Below, piece after piece: positions 55,518 through 56,495 of a stretch of 56,495 nucleotides of DNA (its first letter is position 1; every line of letters begins with the position of its first letter). The position numbers and the translations under genes were made by a program. Under the pieces are notes generated by a model. The model had not been told where the DNA came from, did no database searches, and saw only the letters and a program-made list of their open reading frames with translations. The DNA comes from a virus (Duplodnaviria; Caudoviricetes). The stretch lies in the IMG/VR virus record IMGVR_UViG_3300025010_000071, positions 1 through 56,495 of that record; one strand, written 5' to 3'.

Positions 55518-56494
55518 CCGTTTATCAAACTTCTCAACCATGGACTAGGATCAGTAAAAGAAGACATTTTACTGCAATAACTTTGTGGATCTTCTCCATC
55601 AAATATAGCTACCACTTCAGCAGGATTCGTACAGGTATTGTAATACACTTGACGGGTAGAAATAGTCTCACACCACAATAAAATATAAGGAAACAATCCA
55701 GGACAAAACGCCAAAATATCTTGTACACATTGTGGTATTTCTAAAGGAAGTTGTTCCGTCATTGTCAGCATTTCTTCATTTAACCAAGTGGCTGTTATGG
55801 TATTCTCTAAATTTTCTATTTTATAACCATTAAATCTGGTAGTAGGAATTTTGGAAAGTATATGGTATTCCACTCCATCTTTTGTATACTCAGATTGTTC
55901 TTTTATTTCTTCTTCGGGAACTCCTTCTTCCTTTATTTCTTTATCTAGTATCATTTCGCAAACATGGTATTGTCCTACTGCTTTACCAAATATTCTTACT
56001 GCACCGAAACATTCTCTATTAAATTTTAATTTTATTCCGTCAAAAATTGCTGTTGGGTATGGAATCAATTCCCCGACCGAATTGAAACAAGGTGATTCCC
56101 AAATGATTGTAGCATCTTCAAGATAAAAATCAAGGGAAACTTCAGAAGAGTTATCCACGAATACAGAAAATTCTCTAGGCTTTTTAATTATTTCCGTGCT
56201 GAAAATAGTTCCTAAAGCTGGTGTGACATTGTAAATTAGATCAGGTTTTGATGGCCAAGAATAAAAACCAAGATAAACTTTTATTTTTGTTCCATCAAAT
56301 TCAACTGGACAACCTGCTATCTTTATTGCTTTTGCAGATGTTCCAGTAGCAGCGGCAGTCCACAATCTATATACATCCCAAATATTAGCATATTTCAAAA
56401 TCTTCGATGGAACGATCTGTTCTAGTTTTACCCATAGTTCCAGTAAAGACAGATCAGAATCATCTACCGTATATGTAACACTATGTAAAGTAGT
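55514..56494 (-). CDS. tail protein, 5'-truncated by window edge
   Basis: Frame open to window end; N-terminus HSVTY..ELWVKLEQ resembles TSVTY..YWLRIEQ of the downstream gene. Confidence 0.6.
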   Translation of the reverse strand, partial: TTLHSVTYTVDDSDLSLLELWVKLEQIVPSKILKYANIWDVYRLWTAAATGTSAKAIKIAGCPVEFDGTKIKVYLGFYSWPSKPDLIYNVTPALGTIFSTEIIKKPREFSVFVDNSSEVSLDFYLEDATIIWESPCFNSVGELIPYPTAIFDGIKLKFNRECFGAVRIFGKAVGQYHVCEMILDKEIKEEGVPEEEIKEQSEYTKDGVEYHILSKIPTTRFNGYKIENLENTITATWLNEEMLTMTEQLPLEIPQCVQDILAFCPGLFPYILLWCETISTRQVYYNTCTNPAEVVAIFDGEDPQSYCSKMSSFTDPSPWLRSLING

Positions 56495-56495
56495 A

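Noticed and set aside
45358-56495. Diversity-generating retroelement or invertible shufflon acting on tail genes
   Set aside because: No reverse transcriptase, invertase, template/variable repeat pair or flanking inverted repeats found by eye; a self dot-plot would be needed to exclude them fully.
1-56495. Stop-codon reassignment
   Set aside because: Conserved genes are full length in the standard code, and TAA, TAG and TGA all end genes at sensible positions.

Overview
This window is a 56.5 kb internal fragment of a large tailed dsDNA phage genome. It has two convergent arms and no host housekeeping genes, integrase, tRNA or CRISPR array that I could see. The plus-strand arm (1 to ~40.1 kb) carries early/middle genes: SF2 helicase, primase, wHTH replication initiator with an internal ori-like repeat, DnaB, beta-clamp, clamp loader, UDG-fused family A polymerase, SSB, RecA, 5'-3' exonuclease, resolvase, ligase, split SbcC plus SbcD, ThyA and MazG-like enzymes. 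It also holds a 7-deazaguanine DNA-modification cluster (queD, queE, folE, queC, dpdA-like) interleaved with an extra radical SAM enzyme, a HAD phosphatase and a SAM methyltransferase. The minus-strand arm (~40.1 to 56.5 kb) carries tail/fibre genes with G+C-rich swapped cassettes, four predicted lipoproteins and an unusual lysis region: holin-like proteins, a CheY-like receiver domain, a signal-peptide HNH nuclease, a GH108 endolysin and a ferredoxin. The many Fe-S proteins hint at an anaerobic Gram-negative host (inference only). Best candidates for undescribed biology: (1) the extended deazaguanine pathway; (2) a coupled two-gene module of a small beta-rich protein and a leader-(X-Ser)31 peptide encoded by a perfect NGGTCA array; (3) a ~135-nt multi-stem RNA after recA; (4) a switch-like RNA leader upstream of the replication initiator; (5) the receiver domain in the lysis operon. 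All protein calls come from motif recognition by eye; no database searches were run.
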